Below, piece by piece: positions 36,091-48,466 of a stretch of 64,000 bases of DNA. The position numbers and the translations under genes are program-made. The notes beneath the pieces were generated by a model. The model was not told where the DNA came from. It saw nothing but the letters and a program-made list of their open reading frames with translations, and ran no database searches. Source of the stretch: an uncultured Gammaproteobacteria bacterium (GTDB lineage: Bacteria > Pseudomonadota > Gammaproteobacteria > Steroidobacterales > Steroidobacteraceae); NCBI GenBank assembly GCA_963837755.1, contig CAWIOP010000003.1, forward strand, positions 659,705-723,704. Reading direction: 5' to 3'. The stretch's first letter is position 1. Every line of letters starts with the position of its first letter.

Positions 36091-37416
36091 ATGAAAAAGA
36101 AGATTTTTGCGCTGGCCAGGGTGAGGGCGATGCTGAAGGCTTCGATGGCAGTCGCCGTGGCGATGGCGCCCGCGCTCGTCTTGGCGGCCCCTTCAACCAC
36201 GCTCAATGATGTGAGCATTGACAGTGGCGACGGCGGCGTGCGCATCACGCTCGAGACGTCGGCGCCCGCGAAGAGCTCATTCTTCACGCTGAAAAAACCG
36301 CATCGCGTTGTCATCGACTTTCGTGACACCACGCTCGCGAAGGGCACGCGCATGCCTTCAGGCATTGGCGCGGTCAATACCGTTCGCACGGGGCCGCGGC
36401 CGAACGACGGGTTGCGTGTGGTCATCGAGCTGAAGTCGTCCGCGAGCTCACGCGGCGAATGGCAGCCCGCCTTTGCGGACGTGGGTGACAGGTTCGTCGT
36501 CGCGATCGGCAGCAAGGCATTCGTCGCCGCGGCTTTCGCAATGGGCTCAACGGGCGCGCAGATGGCGTCCGCCACTGCGCCGGCGACCGCTCCTGCAGTC
36601 GCTCCTGAAGTCACCACGCCGAAAACCGTGCGCCCTCAGCACGCGCCGATCGACGGCAATCGCGATATCGTCGTCGCCGTCGATGCCGGCCACGGCGGGC
36701 AGGATCCGGGCGCCATCGGCCGCAATGGCACCATGGAAAAGAACGTTGTGCTGGCCATCGCCCGCGCGCTCGCATCGCGCATCGATTCCGAGCCGGGCAT
36801 GCGGGCGTACCTGGTCCGTGACGATGACTTCTTCGTCGTGCTCCGCGATCGCATGGTTCGCGCGCGTAACGCGAAGGCGGACATCTTCGTTTCCGTGCAT
36901 GCAGACGCCATTCGCGACCGGAGCATCACCGGCGCGTCCGTATACGTGATCTCGGAGCGTGGCGCCAGCAGCGAAGCCGCGCGGTGGCTCGCGGAGCGCG
37001 AGAACGCGGCGGATCTCATGGGCGGGGTGAAGCTCGACGACAAGGACAAGTCGCTGGCCTCCGTGCTGCTCGACCTTTCCCAGACGGCCAACATCAGCGC
37101 CAGCATGACGGCTGCCGAGCGGGTGCTGCTGTCGCTCGACGCTTCCGTCAACGTGCGCAAATCCAAGGTGCAGCAGGCGCCCCTGCTCGTGCTCAAGTCG
37201 CCGGACATCCCGTCCATGCTGGTCGAGACGGCCTACATCTCGAACCCGGGCGAGGAGTCGCGGCTCAAGAGCATCAGCCACCAGACCCGGCTCGCGGAAG
37301 CCATTTTCAGCGGCGTCCGTGGCTACTTCGAAGTGAGCCCGCCGCCCGGCACACGCTTCGCGCAGATTCGCCGCTCGCAGCTCGCCGGCGTGCTGGCGAG
37401 CCCCGCCTCGCCGTAA
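36091..37416 (+). CDS. amiB: N-acetylmuramoyl-L-alanine amidase with AMIN domain
   Basis: Signal peptide. AMIN-type N-domain ([21 protein letters not shown]). Amidase_3 motifs ([25 protein letters not shown]). Position nnr-tsaE-amiB-mutL as in E. coli. Confidence 0.88.
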   Translation: MKKKIFALARVRAMLKASMAVAVAMAPALVLAAPSTTLNDVSIDSGDGGVRITLETSAPAKSSFFTLKKPHRVVIDFRDTTLAKGTRMPSGIGAVNTVRTGPRPNDGLRVVIELKSSASSRGEWQPAFADVGDRFVVAIGSKAFVAAAFAMGSTGAQMASATAPATAPAVAPEVTTPKTVRPQHAPIDGNRDIVVAVDAGHGGQDPGAIGRNGTMEKNVVLAIARALASRIDSEPGMRAYLVRDDDFFVVLRDRMVRARNAKADIFVSVHADAIRDRSITGASVYVISERGASSEAARWLAERENAADLMGGVKLDDKDKSLASVLLDLSQTANISASMTAAERVLLSLDASVNVRKSKVQQAPLLVLKSPDIPSMLVETAYISNPGEESRLKSISHQTRLAEAIFSGVRGYFEVSPPPGTRFAQIRRSQLAGVLASPASP

Positions 37417-37549
37417 GGCGGTCCATCGGCCCCTGCCGGTCAACTGTCGCCGGCTGCGCTGCCGCTGCCTTGCAGTCGCTTGCCGCCGGTGCCGGCCGAG
37501 GCAGCGATGCCTGCCGGTATACTGCGGCCCCCACCGCTGTGTGCCACCC

Positions 37550-39423
37550 ATGCCGATCCGCATTCTTCCCAACGAGCTCGTCGATCAGATCGCCGCCGGC
37601 GAGGTGATCGAGCGACCGGCCTCCGTGGTCAAGGAATTGGCGGAGAACAGCCTCGACGCCGGCGCCACCCGGGTCGAGATCGAGGTGGAGCGCGGCGGGC
37701 TAGGGCTCGTGCGCATCCGTGACGACGGGCGCGGCATTCCGGCGGACGAGCTGCCGCTGGCGATCTCGCGCCATGCCACCAGCAAGATCGCCTCGCTGGA
37801 CGATCTTGAATCAGTGGGAACGCTGGGTTTTCGCGGGGAAGCGCTGCCTTCCATCGGCTCCGTCGCGAAGCTGCGCGTGGTCTCGCGGCCGGCGGGCGCC
37901 GAGCATGCTTCCGAGATCAACGTGGATGGTGGCGCGGTGGCCGCCGTGCGCCCGGCGGCGCATCCGGCGGGCACGACGATTGAAGTGCGGGAGCTGTTTT
38001 TCAACGTGCCGGCGCGTCGCAAATTCGTTCGCAGCGACGCGACCGAGGTGGGGCACATCGCTCGCCTGGTCGAGCGGCTCGCCTTGTCCCGATTCGACGT
38101 CTCGTTCCGGCTGAAGAGCGGCACGCGCACGCTGCTCGATGCGCCGGCTGCCGTGGGGCGCGGGGAAGTGCTCGGATCGCGAGCGGTGCGGGCGATGCGC
38201 GCATCAAGAGCGTGTTGAGCGAGGAGTTTCTGGCCAGCGCGGTGCCGGTGCATCACTCGGCTGGGCCGGTTTCAATTACCGGCTGGGTGGGGCTGCCCAC
38301 CGTGTCGCGAGCGCAGGCGGATCAGCAGTTCTGGTTCGTGAACGGGCGTTGCGTGCGCGACCGGTTGCTGATGAATGCCGTGCGCCTCGGGTATCGCGAT
38401 GTGCTTTATCACGGGCGGCACTCGGCTTACGTGCTGTACCTGACGCTCGACCCGCGGCTCGTCGACGTGAACGCGCATCCGGCCAAGCTCGAAGTGCGCT
38501 TCCGGGATAGCCGGCAGATTCACGATTTCGTATTCCGCGCGGTGGAGCGCACGCTGGCCGACACCAGGCCGAACCTGGCGGGGCCGGTGGCCGCGCCGTT
38601 CTCCGACAACGAGATCTTGCCGGCTGCGGCCGTATCCGGGATCACCGGCGGGAACGGGGGCATCGCGTCTGGCCTGCGTTATGCCCAGCGGCCAGCCCTT
38701 CAGGGCGCGTTCGACCTGCGCGAGGAATCCCGCAGCCCGTGGCGGATTGCCGAAGCGCTGAGCCATGACTCGTCCATCGCACATGAACCCGCCGCGACTT
38801 TCGTCCCGGCCGACGGTGCGCACCCGGATGAAGACGAGGACCAGCCGCTGGGTGTGGCCATCGCGCAGCTCCACGGCGTCTACATCGTCGCGCAGAACCG
38901 CGCGGGCCTCGTGCTCGTAGACATGCACGCCGCGCACGAGCGTGTGCTGTACGAGAAGCTCAAGGCTGAGCGAGGCGGGGCCGCGCCTGCGTCCCAGCAC
39001 CTCATGGAGCCCATCGTCGTAGAGCTGAAAGCCCATGAGCTCGACGGCGTGCTGGAGAACCAAGCGGAGTGGGAAAGCGCCGGGTTCGCGCTCGATGCGC
39101 TCGGGCCTACGCGGCTGGCCCTGCGGTCCGTCCCTGCCATGCTGCTCGGCCAGAACATCCCTGAAGTCGTTCACTCGGTGGTGCGCGATCTCGAGCTGGA
39201 CGCCGACGCCCATCATCTGGATGGCGCAGCAGACAAATTCCTGGGAACGCTGGCCTGCCGGACGGCCATCCATGCGCATCGCCGCCTCACGCTTCCAGAG
39301 ATGAATGCGCTTCTGCGCCAGATGGAAGCCACCGACCGCGCCAACCAGTGCAATCACGGCCGCCCCACCTGGACGCGCCTGTCGCTCCAGGATCTGGACC
39401 AGCTTTTCCTGCGAGGCCGCTGA
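37550..39423 (+). pseudogene. mutL: DNA mismatch repair protein MutL; one frameshift as sequenced (about 38140-38215)
   Basis: The GHKL N-domain ([26 protein letters not shown]) is in the frame of ORF 37541..38218. The rest ([12 protein letters not shown]..., FWFVNGRCVRDRLL, C-terminal domain) is in the frame of ORF 38212..39423. G-runs lie in the overlap. Confidence 0.85.
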
Positions 39424-39424
39424 T

Positions 39425-40372
39425 ATGAGCGCCCGCGGCCCGGTCATCGTGCTGACCGGCCCCACCGGCACCGGCAAGACGGACTGGGCCGTGCGCCTGG
39501 CTGAAAAGCTTCCCGTGGAGATCGTGAGCGTGGACTCCGCGCTCGTGTATCGCGGCCTCGATATCGGAACAGCAAAGCCTTCCCGCGAACTGCGCGACCG
39601 CGTTGCGCATCACCTCATCGACCTCTGCGACCCCTCCGAGATCTATTCCGCCGGCCGGTTCGCCGAAGATGCCGTTCGTCTCGTCGATGAGATTCAGGCG
39701 CGCGGCCGGATCCCCCTGTTGGTTGGCGGCACCATGCTCTATTTGCGTGCGCTCTGGCGCGGTATCGCGCCGATGCCGACTGCATCGCCGGAGTTGCGTA
39801 AATCCATCGAAGAGCGCGCGGCCCGCGAAGGCTGGCCTGCGCTTCACGCAGAGCTGGCGCTAGTCGATCCGATTGCCGCGTCCCGCATCCACCCGCATGA
39901 CCCCCAGCGCATCCAGCGTGCGCTCGAGGTCTGCTACGCAGCCGGCCGCCCCATCTCCGAGCTTCAGCTTCAGACCCGCAGTCCTCTGGGTGACACACAA
40001 TTACAAAATTGGGCTCTGGTGTCGGTAAATCGCGTCACTCTCCACGAGCGGCTCGAGCGCCGATTCCACGACATGATGAAGCTTGGTTTTCTCGATGAGG
40101 TTGCCGCGCTTCGTGCCCGCGGGGATCTGACGCCCGATCTGCCGGCTATTCGCGCGGTGGGTTACCGGCAGATTTGGGCCTATTTTGACGGGGAATTTTC
40201 ACTCGACGAGGCCGTGCGTCGCGGCATCTACGCGACCCGCCAGCTTGCCAAGCGCCAGCACACCTGGCTGCGATCCGAGCTTGAACTGACCTGCATCAAC
40301 CCCCACGAAGAGGGAGCCTTCGAGAGCTGGAGCGACCACGTTGAATCGAGACTTCGCGAGCATGGGCGATGA
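39425..40372 (+). CDS. miaA: tRNA dimethylallyltransferase
   Basis: LTGPTGTGKT, VEIVSVDSALVYRGLDIGTAKPS, LVGGTMLY. ATG lies 2 nt after the mutL stop. Confidence 0.92.
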   Translation: MSARGPVIVLTGPTGTGKTDWAVRLAEKLPVEIVSVDSALVYRGLDIGTAKPSRELRDRVAHHLIDLCDPSEIYSAGRFAEDAVRLVDEIQARGRIPLLVGGTMLYLRALWRGIAPMPTASPELRKSIEERAAREGWPALHAELALVDPIAASRIHPHDPQRIQRALEVCYAAGRPISELQLQTRSPLGDTQLQNWALVSVNRVTLHERLERRFHDMMKLGFLDEVAALRARGDLTPDLPAIRAVGYRQIWAYFDGEFSLDEAVRRGIYATRQLAKRQHTWLRSELELTCINPHEEGAFESWSDHVESRLREHGR

Positions 40373-40534
40373 GAGGGGGGCCATGTTAATATGCCGCCCC
40401 ATTGGCCTCGTCGCCTGGGGCACATTGCTTGCTTGATTGCGCACCAGGAAGGCTCGCGCAGTGTCGAACCAAACCTGCTCAACAGGTCCCCGTAAGTCGA
40501 GTCGTCGTTGAACAACTAGAAGTCGCGAGAATAA

Positions 40535-40804
<270 letters not shown>

Positions 40805-40828
40805 TGACGCAAGTCATGGAGCCCAAGA

Positions 40829-42160
40829 GTGTTCGAACGCCCACGCACAGGTGAGCGTGCCGTACTCGTACGCCTCGGGCTTGGCGTGCATGTCGATCCG
40901 GAAGACCTCCAGGAGTTCGCACAGCTGGCGACTTCCGCCGGTGCGCAGCCCGTAGCCACAGTCACCGGTCGCCGCGAGCGGCCGGACCCGCGCTTCTTCA
41001 TGGGCAGCGGCAAGGCAGACGAAGTGCGTGATATCGCCGCGGCAGAGTCCGCCGACGTCATCCTGGTAGACCATGCGCTCTCGCCCAGCCAGGAGCGCAA
41101 TCTCGAGAAGCACACCGGCCGGCGTGTGCTCGATCGAAACAGCCTCATCCTGGATATCTTCGCCCAGCGCGCGCGCAGCCACGAAGGCAAGCTCGAAGTC
41201 GAGCTCGCGCAGCTGAAGCACATCGCCACGCGCCTCGTGCGCGGGTGGACTCACCTCGAGCGCCAGAAGGGCGGCATCGGCCTGCGTGGCCCCGGCGAAA
41301 CGCAGCTCGAGACAGACCGCCGTCTCATCGGCACGCGCGTGAAGGTGCTCGGCAGGCGGCTGGAGAAGATTCGCCAGCAGCGCGAGACGGGTCGTGCCCA
41401 GCGCGCGCAGATTCCTGTTCCTTCTCTTGCGCTCGTCGGCTACACGAACGCCGGCAAGTCCACGCTGTTTCGTTCGATCACTGGAGCGGACGCATACGTG
41501 GCAGACCAGCTGTTCGCCACGCTAGACCCGACAGTGCGGCGAATCTCGCTGCCTGGCGGCACGGTTGCCGTAGTCGCGGATACCGTCGGTTTCATTCGCG
41601 AGCTGCCGCACGAGCTGGTGGCGGCGTTCCAGTCCACCCTCACCGAGGCCCGTGAAGCCACGCTCCTGCTTCATGTGGTCGATGCCAGCGATCCGCGCCG
41701 CGACGACCACATCACTCAGGTGAACGGGGTGCTGGCCGAGATCGGCGCCGGGGAGCTCCCGCAGGTGCTGGTCTATAACAAGGTCGACCGGCTCGAGTTC
41801 GGGCCTCGCATCGATCGGGACGCCGAAGGCCGCGCGGTCGCTGTGTGGATATCGGCAGCGAAACGCCAGGGGCTCGATCTGCTCCAGCAGGCCATCGCCG
41901 AGCGCATTGCATGCGTGGCGCGGCGCGCCTGTGTGCGCGTGCCCGCGAGCGCCGGGGCGCTGCGTTCACGCCTGTATTCCGCGGGCGCCGTGCGGGGCGA
42001 GTGCGCGCTCGACGACGGCTCGCTCGATCTCACCGTGGAGCTGCCAGACATCGAGCTGCTCGCCCTGGCGCGCATGCCCGGCGTGCAGGTCACGGAAACA
42101 CCAGTTGCCGCAATGCCTTGTGTGCCCGAAGAGGCCTACCTACAATCCGTCTCTTCGTGA
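40829..42160 (+). CDS. hflX: GTPase HflX
   Basis: HflX N-domain, G1 VGYTNAGKSTLF, DTVGFI, NKVD. Position after hfq. GTG start. Confidence 0.92.
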   Translation: MFERPRTGERAVLVRLGLGVHVDPEDLQEFAQLATSAGAQPVATVTGRRERPDPRFFMGSGKADEVRDIAAAESADVILVDHALSPSQERNLEKHTGRRVLDRNSLILDIFAQRARSHEGKLEVELAQLKHIATRLVRGWTHLERQKGGIGLRGPGETQLETDRRLIGTRVKVLGRRLEKIRQQRETGRAQRAQIPVPSLALVGYTNAGKSTLFRSITGADAYVADQLFATLDPTVRRISLPGGTVAVVADTVGFIRELPHELVAAFQSTLTEAREATLLLHVVDASDPRRDDHITQVNGVLAEIGAGELPQVLVYNKVDRLEFGPRIDRDAEGRAVAVWISAAKRQGLDLLQQAIAERIACVARRACVRVPASAGALRSRLYSAGAVRGECALDDGSLDLTVELPDIELLALARMPGVQVTETPVAAMPCVPEEAYLQSVSS

Positions 42161-42221
42161 AGCGCCGGCATAGCGCTGACACTATCCAACCTCCTTCGCA
42201 GATCGGCGCACTTCGCTCTCT

Positions 42222-43343
42222 ATGGCGTGGAATCAACCGGGCGGACAAAACAATAATCCCTGGGGCCGGCGGCCGACAAACGGCGGCGGTGGCTCTAATC
42301 TCGACGAGCGCGTGAAAGAACTGCAGCGCAAGTTCGAGTCGCTGTTCCGTCCTGGCGGTAAAGGCGAGGGCGGCGCGCTGTTCATCACAGTGCTGCTGCT
42401 CATCCTCACGCTGTGGCTGTTCAGCGGCTTCTTCCAGGTGAAGGCGGCCGAGCGCGGCGTGGTCCAGCGCTTCGGTAAAGTCCTGCTACCGGTGCGCGCG
42501 GAAGGGTGGGGCTGGCGCCTGCCGTGGCCCATCGACACCGTCACCAAGGTGAACGTCGCCAACGTCAACAGCGAGGAATTCAAGCCGCGCGTGCTCACGG
42601 CAGACGTGAACCTCGTAGACGTGCGCTTCGCCGTCCAGTACCGCTACGCAGACCCCATCAAGGTGCTGTTCGCGGTCACCGATTCGAAAGCAACGCTGCG
42701 CGAAGTCAGCGAGAGCGCCATCCGGCAGGTCATCGGCCAGAGCGTTCTGGACAACGTGCTCGTCGGCAAGACGCGCCCGAACATCACCAAGCGCACCAAA
42801 GAGCTCATCCAGGCCACGCTCGATCGCTACGGCGCCGGCATCGTGGTATCCACCGTGAACCTCACGGACGTGCAGGTGCCCGAGGCGGTCATTCCGTCCC
42901 AGCGCGACGCCAACAAGGCCCTCGCAGACCAGGAGCGCTTCATCAAAGAGGCGCAGGTCTACGCCAACGGCATCCTGCCGGTGGCCGAAGGTGCTGCCGC
43001 CCGCCTGGAGCAGGATGCGCAGGCTTACAGCGCCCAGGTGGTTGCGCTGGCAGAAGGCCAGGCCTCCCGCTTCTCGCAGCTCGCGGCAGCCTACGACCTG
43101 GCGCCGGAAATCACCCGCAAGCGCCTCTACCTCGACACCGTGGAAAGCGTCATGAGCCGCGCCAGCAAGGTCATCGTCGACCAGGGCAAGGGCGGCGGCG
43201 GCAACATGATCTACCTGCCGCTCGACAAGCTGCTGGATCGCGCCCGCTCGCAGCAGAGCACCGACAGTCAGGACTCCACCGTGCACGCGTCGCCGGAGCC
43301 GGAGACCGTGACGGTCGAAGGCCGCAACCGAGGAGAGCGCTGA
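42222..43343 (+). CDS. hflK: FtsH protease modulator HflK (SPFH domain)
   Basis: MAWNQPGGQNNNPWG... N-terminus, one TM segment, and SPFH/band-7 core (ERGVVQRFGK...). Confidence 0.9.
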   Translation: MAWNQPGGQNNNPWGRRPTNGGGGSNLDERVKELQRKFESLFRPGGKGEGGALFITVLLLILTLWLFSGFFQVKAAERGVVQRFGKVLLPVRAEGWGWRLPWPIDTVTKVNVANVNSEEFKPRVLTADVNLVDVRFAVQYRYADPIKVLFAVTDSKATLREVSESAIRQVIGQSVLDNVLVGKTRPNITKRTKELIQATLDRYGAGIVVSTVNLTDVQVPEAVIPSQRDANKALADQERFIKEAQVYANGILPVAEGAAARLEQDAQAYSAQVVALAEGQASRFSQLAAAYDLAPEITRKRLYLDTVESVMSRASKVIVDQGKGGGGNMIYLPLDKLLDRARSQQSTDSQDSTVHASPEPETVTVEGRNRGER

Positions 43344-44210
43344 TGCCCGTGCGCGGCTTTCCGATCATTATTATTGTCGCTGCCATCGTGCTCTTGACGG
43401 TGACGTCCCTGTTCACCGTTCAGCAGCAGGAGCTGGCCATCCGTACGCAGTTCGGCGCCATCAGGGGTGGCACCTACCCGCCGGGCCTGCACGCCAAGTT
43501 CCCGTGGGACCAGGTGGTGAAGTTCGAGCGGCGCATCCTCTCCCAGACCTACGAGGGCGAGACGTTCCTCACGAACGACAACCGCGGCCTCATCGTCGAT
43601 TTCTACATCAAGTGGCGCGTGAACGATGCCTCGCGCTATTTCCAGGCCACCGGCGGCCGTGATGAGCTCGCGGGCGAGCGCATCGCCGAGATCGTGAAAG
43701 ACGGCATCAAGAGCGTTGTCGCGCAGCGCCCACTCGAAGAGATCGTCACATCCGAGCGCGCCGCCGTCACCGGCGAGATGCTGAAGGCTGCCAACGACAA
43801 CGCGGACGGCCTCGGCATCCAGCTCATCGACGTGCGCGTCCAGCGCATCGACCTGCCCGAGGACGTCAGCACCCGCGTCTACGAGAGCATGAAGCAGAAT
43901 TTCGCGAAGATCGCGAGTCGCCTGCGCGCCGAAGGCTCGCCGGGCCGCGGTCACCATCCGCGCCGAGGCCGAGCGCAAGCGAACCGAGACCATCGCCAAC
44001 GCCGAGCGCGAGGCGCTGCAAGTGCGCGGTAAGGGCGATGCCGAGGCGACCGCGATTTACGCGAAGTCCTACTGGAAGTACCCGGAGTTCTACGCGTTCT
44101 ATCGCAGCCTGCAGGCTTACGAGCGCTCGCTCGGCAAGGAAGGCGACATCCTGGTGGTGAGCCCGGAGGGCGAATTCTTCAAGTATCTCAAGGACCCCGG
44201 CAAGCGGTAG
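43343..44210 (+). pseudogene. hflC: FtsH protease modulator HflC; one frameshift as sequenced (~43935-43945)
   Basis: ATG overlaps the hflK stop. SPFH core up to ...ASRLRAEGS. The sequence then continues in another frame as AAVTIRAEAERKRTETIANAEREALQVRGKGDAEATAIYA...GKR*. Confidence 0.85.
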
Positions 44211-44273
44211 GCCGATACGGTCGCCCGCCTGGGCCGGGGCGCTCCCTCCACTACGCGCGGAAAGCTCAAACCC

Positions 44274-44469
44274 TTGACGTTCCACCTGTCCGACCTCCTG
44301 GCCGCCGTCGCGCTGTTTTTCGTGGTGGAGGGTATGATTGCCGTTCCTCAATCCGGGTGGCATGAAGCGCGCACTGGCGAAGCTGCTGACCCTTGGCGAC
44401 CGCGAGCTGCGCATCGCGGGGCTGGGCAGCATGCTCGTGGGCGTGGCCATTCTTTATCTCGTGCGCTGA
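44274..44469 (+). pseudogene. yjeT: DUF2065 small membrane protein (YjeT-like); one frameshift as sequenced (~44338-44340)
   Basis: TTG start. ...LLAAVALFFVVEGMI shifts to PFLNPGGMKRALAKLLTLGDRELRIAGLGSMLVGVAILYLVR*. Position hflC-yjeT-purA as in E. coli. Confidence 0.6.
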
Positions 44470-44483
44470 AGGCATCCTGAATC

Positions 44484-45785
<1,302 letters not shown>

Positions 45786-45795
45786 GATTCGCTCC

Positions 45796-45825
45796 CCCGA
45801 CGGCGCCTTGCCAGGCGCGGTCGGG
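45796..45825. terminator. Bidirectional terminator-like hairpin between purA and the Lrp-family gene
   Basis: CCCGACGGCGCC-ttgcca-GGCGCGGTCGGG (12-bp stem, one mismatch), followed by CTCTT. Confidence 0.5.
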
Positions 45826-45862
45826 CTCTTCGAGCGGCGGCGGCGCGATTCCAGCCCGCCGC

Positions 45863-46330
45863 TTACTCCGTCTTCGCGTAGTGCAGCGGCAGCGCCGTCG
45901 TCGACTTGATGGTCTCCAGCGCGAAACTCGCGCTCACATCCAGCAGATCGATCGCCGCGATCAGCTTCTTGTAGACCACGTCGTACGCCTCGATGTCGGG
46001 CACGACGATGCGCATGAGGTAATCCACTTCCCCACTCATGCGGTAGATCTCCGTGATCTCGGGCACGTCGCGCACGGCCTTCTGGAAACGCTCGAACCAT
46101 GCGGCGCTGTGGTTCGCGGTTTTCATCATCACGAACACCGTGGTGCCCACGTTCAGGGCCTTGGCGTCGAGCAGCGCCACGGTCTGGCGGATGACGCCCG
46201 TCTCCTCCATGTGTTTGATACGGCGCCAGCACGGCACCTTCGACAGGCCCACGCGCTCGGCGATTTCCTGGGCGGTGAGGCTGCCGTTCTTTTGAAGCAG
46301 ATCCAGGATTCGGCGATCGAGCTTATCCAT
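45863..46330 (-). CDS. Lrp/AsnC-family transcriptional regulator
   Basis: LDRRILDLLQKNGSLTAQEIAERVGLSKVPCWRRIKHMEETGVI plus a RAM/ACT-like C-domain. Confidence 0.9.
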   Translation of the reverse strand: MDKLDRRILDLLQKNGSLTAQEIAERVGLSKVPCWRRIKHMEETGVIRQTVALLDAKALNVGTTVFVMMKTANHSAAWFERFQKAVRDVPEITEIYRMSGEVDYLMRIVVPDIEAYDVVYKKLIAAIDLLDVSASFALETIKSTTALPLHYAKTE

Positions 46331-46594
46331 GGAACAATAATGCGTCATGGGCGCTTAAAAGAGCAACAGCGTTGCGCAAAGCGCCTGAGCGACGTCTGGC
46401 CGGGAGCGCCAGGCCAGTTCGTCCTGCGCAAACGCTGAAGGCGCGTGATCTGCGTCACACGTTGACGCATCGCCCACGGGCCCGGAACGGATAACCGTCG
46501 TTGCCCGGCGCACGCGAAACTTTGTTGCGCGCACCGCCTCGCTCCTGGCCAGCTTCGCAACCGAATCTCACGCCCGAGCGCCTAGGCTTGCGCA

Positions 46595-46849
46595 ATGGGA
46601 TTGCGCAGCCTTTTCACAGAGCACCCGGCATCAGTGGGGGAGACTTATCTCCAGCACCTTTGCGCGGCCACGGGCTTCGCGGTGCGAATGATCCTGGGCG
46701 GAATCGCCTGCCTGGTGCACGCGTTCTTCCCGTTCGCCTTCCGTCGCACCGGCAGCGAGTGCATCTCGACGCTGTACGTGCGCATGGTCACTCATCGCAA
46801 CACCTCCGCCGCGCGTTCCGTACGCGCCGGCGCGGCGATTCGCTCATAA
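46595..46849 (+). CDS. Small conserved membrane protein (DUF6356-like, family recalled with low certainty)
   Basis: 84 aa. LFTEHPASVGETYLQH followed by a hydrophobic hairpin. It lies 6 nt upstream of the yeiH-like gene. Confidence 0.5.
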   Translation: MGLRSLFTEHPASVGETYLQHLCAATGFAVRMILGGIACLVHAFFPFAFRRTGSECISTLYVRMVTHRNTSAARSVRAGAAIRS

Positions 46850-46855
46850 CCTCGA

Positions 46856-47944
46856 ATGGCCCGGCCGGCCATCATCAGACCGGCCTGGCGCTCGCTCGCC
46901 AACGGCGCTTTGCTGGCCGTCGCGCTGGCCGCCGTCGCCCTCATCGCGTCACGAGTGGTACGTGACTGGCTGAACCCCACCGGTCCGTCGCCGGTCAGTC
47001 CGGTGCTCTGCGCCGTGCTCCTGGGCGTGATTTGGCGCAATACCGTGGGGCTCGGTGCCGGCTTCGTGCCGGGGCTGCAGTGGATCACCAATAACCTGCT
47101 GCGGCTCGGCATTGCGCTCGTTGGCCTGCGCCTCTCGCTCAGTGGGCTCGCTTCGACGGCCACCATGGCATTGCCGGTGGTTCTGGCGTGCATCACCACG
47201 GCTGTCGGCGTCAGCGTGTTGGTTGGCCGGTTCTTTGGGCTTTCGAAGCCACTGCGGTTGCTGTTGGCCGCCGGCACGTCGGTCTGCGGCTGCACGGCCA
47301 TTTGTGCGATGACGCCCGTGGTGCGCGCGCGTGCGGTCGAAAGCGGCCTGGCGGTGACGTGTGTGGTGGTTCTGGGCTGCACGGGAATGCTGCTCTACCC
47401 GTGGCTCGCGCATGCGGTCTTCGGTGGCACCACCAATGCAGCGGCCGTGTTCCTGGGCACTTCCATCCATGACACGTCGCAGGTCATGGGCGCGTCCATG
47501 ATTTACGCGCAGCAGTTCAACGCCGGCGACGCGGTACCCATCGCGGGCTTCACAAAGCTGCTGCGAAACCTGTCACTGCTGATCCTCGTCCCGCTCTTTG
47601 CCCTGTGGACGGGCAACGATGATGCGGCGGACACCCGCGCGAAGCGTCGTCAGGTGCTGCCGGCGTTTCTGATCGCGTTCGTTGTGCTGGCGCTGGTGCG
47701 CACGGCGGGCGACACGGTGTTCGGCGGCACGGATGTCACCAGCGCCTGGTCGCAGGTCGTGGCAGTTGGGCTGGGGGCGTCAGACCTGTTCCTGGTCTGC
47801 GGCATGACGGCGATCGGTTTGAGCGTATCCCTGGCGGATCTGCGGGGCGTTGGCTCGAAGGCTCTGCTGGCTGCGCTGATCGTCGCGGTGTCGGTGTGCG
47901 TGTGCAGCCTGCTCATGACGCTGCTGATGCAGCGCTTGGCGTAA
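46856..47944 (+). CDS. UPF0324 (YeiH-like) putative sulfate-exporter family membrane protein
   Basis: About 10 TM segments. LLLAAGTSVCGCTAICA and FLGTSIHDTSQV are hallmark YeiH/PF03601 motifs. Confidence 0.85.
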   Translation: MARPAIIRPAWRSLANGALLAVALAAVALIASRVVRDWLNPTGPSPVSPVLCAVLLGVIWRNTVGLGAGFVPGLQWITNNLLRLGIALVGLRLSLSGLASTATMALPVVLACITTAVGVSVLVGRFFGLSKPLRLLLAAGTSVCGCTAICAMTPVVRARAVESGLAVTCVVVLGCTGMLLYPWLAHAVFGGTTNAAAVFLGTSIHDTSQVMGASMIYAQQFNAGDAVPIAGFTKLLRNLSLLILVPLFALWTGNDDAADTRAKRRQVLPAFLIAFVVLALVRTAGDTVFGGTDVTSAWSQVVAVGLGASDLFLVCGMTAIGLSVSLADLRGVGSKALLAALIVAVSVCVCSLLMTLLMQRLA

Positions 47945-47946
47945 CC

Positions 47947-48226
47947 AGTACTTCCGCAGAGATTCTGGCGGGTTCAGCGATGTGGCGCCTGCGCGGGGCG
48001 GTGGCCGACTCGAAGAGGCTCTTCGGGGACGCGCGTTCGCAGGCGGCGGCTCACTCGAAGAGGACCTTGGCGGGGACCGGCCGTAAGACCCGTCCATGGG
48101 GGCCTTGTGCAAATGCGTCCCTGCATTTGCACGGGCGCGCCCAGCGATCCCCGCCAAGGTCCTCTGCGAGCGAGCCACCGCTGAAAGGCTCTGCCAGCGT
48201 GGAGTTCGCCACTTCGCTTTGGTGCC
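47947..48226. repeat. Left arm of large foldback (repeat copy L); itself a long hairpin
   Basis: It is the reverse complement of 48467-48730 (hand alignment ~85% identity). Internal 29-nt inverted repeat 48048-48076 / 48148-48176 encloses the palindrome TGCAAATGC-N6-GCATTTGCA (48108-48131). Confidence 0.9.
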
Positions 48227-48466
48227 GGCAGCCTGAACCTGCGCTGTCGATTCCTGACTGCGCGTTTGTTGCCTGTGTTGTTCGCGTCGTCACCTACGAG
48301 CGTGGGTTGCACTTCCGCCGCGGCGGCGAAGGACTCACGGCTGAGAGCAGGTGTCCGGGGAATTCGGGTTGGCGATACTCCACCGCTGGCTCGTAACTCT
48401 CGCGGACGCACTGGTGAAGGCAATCGCGATACTCGCGACGCCACTGAACGTGTTGCTCGCTCCCAT
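48227..48466. other. Unique ~240-nt core between the foldback arms
   Basis: It has no counterpart in the arms. Only low-quality ORFs cross it, with third-position GC (~71% by hand) below that of neighbouring genes. Confidence 0.6.
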
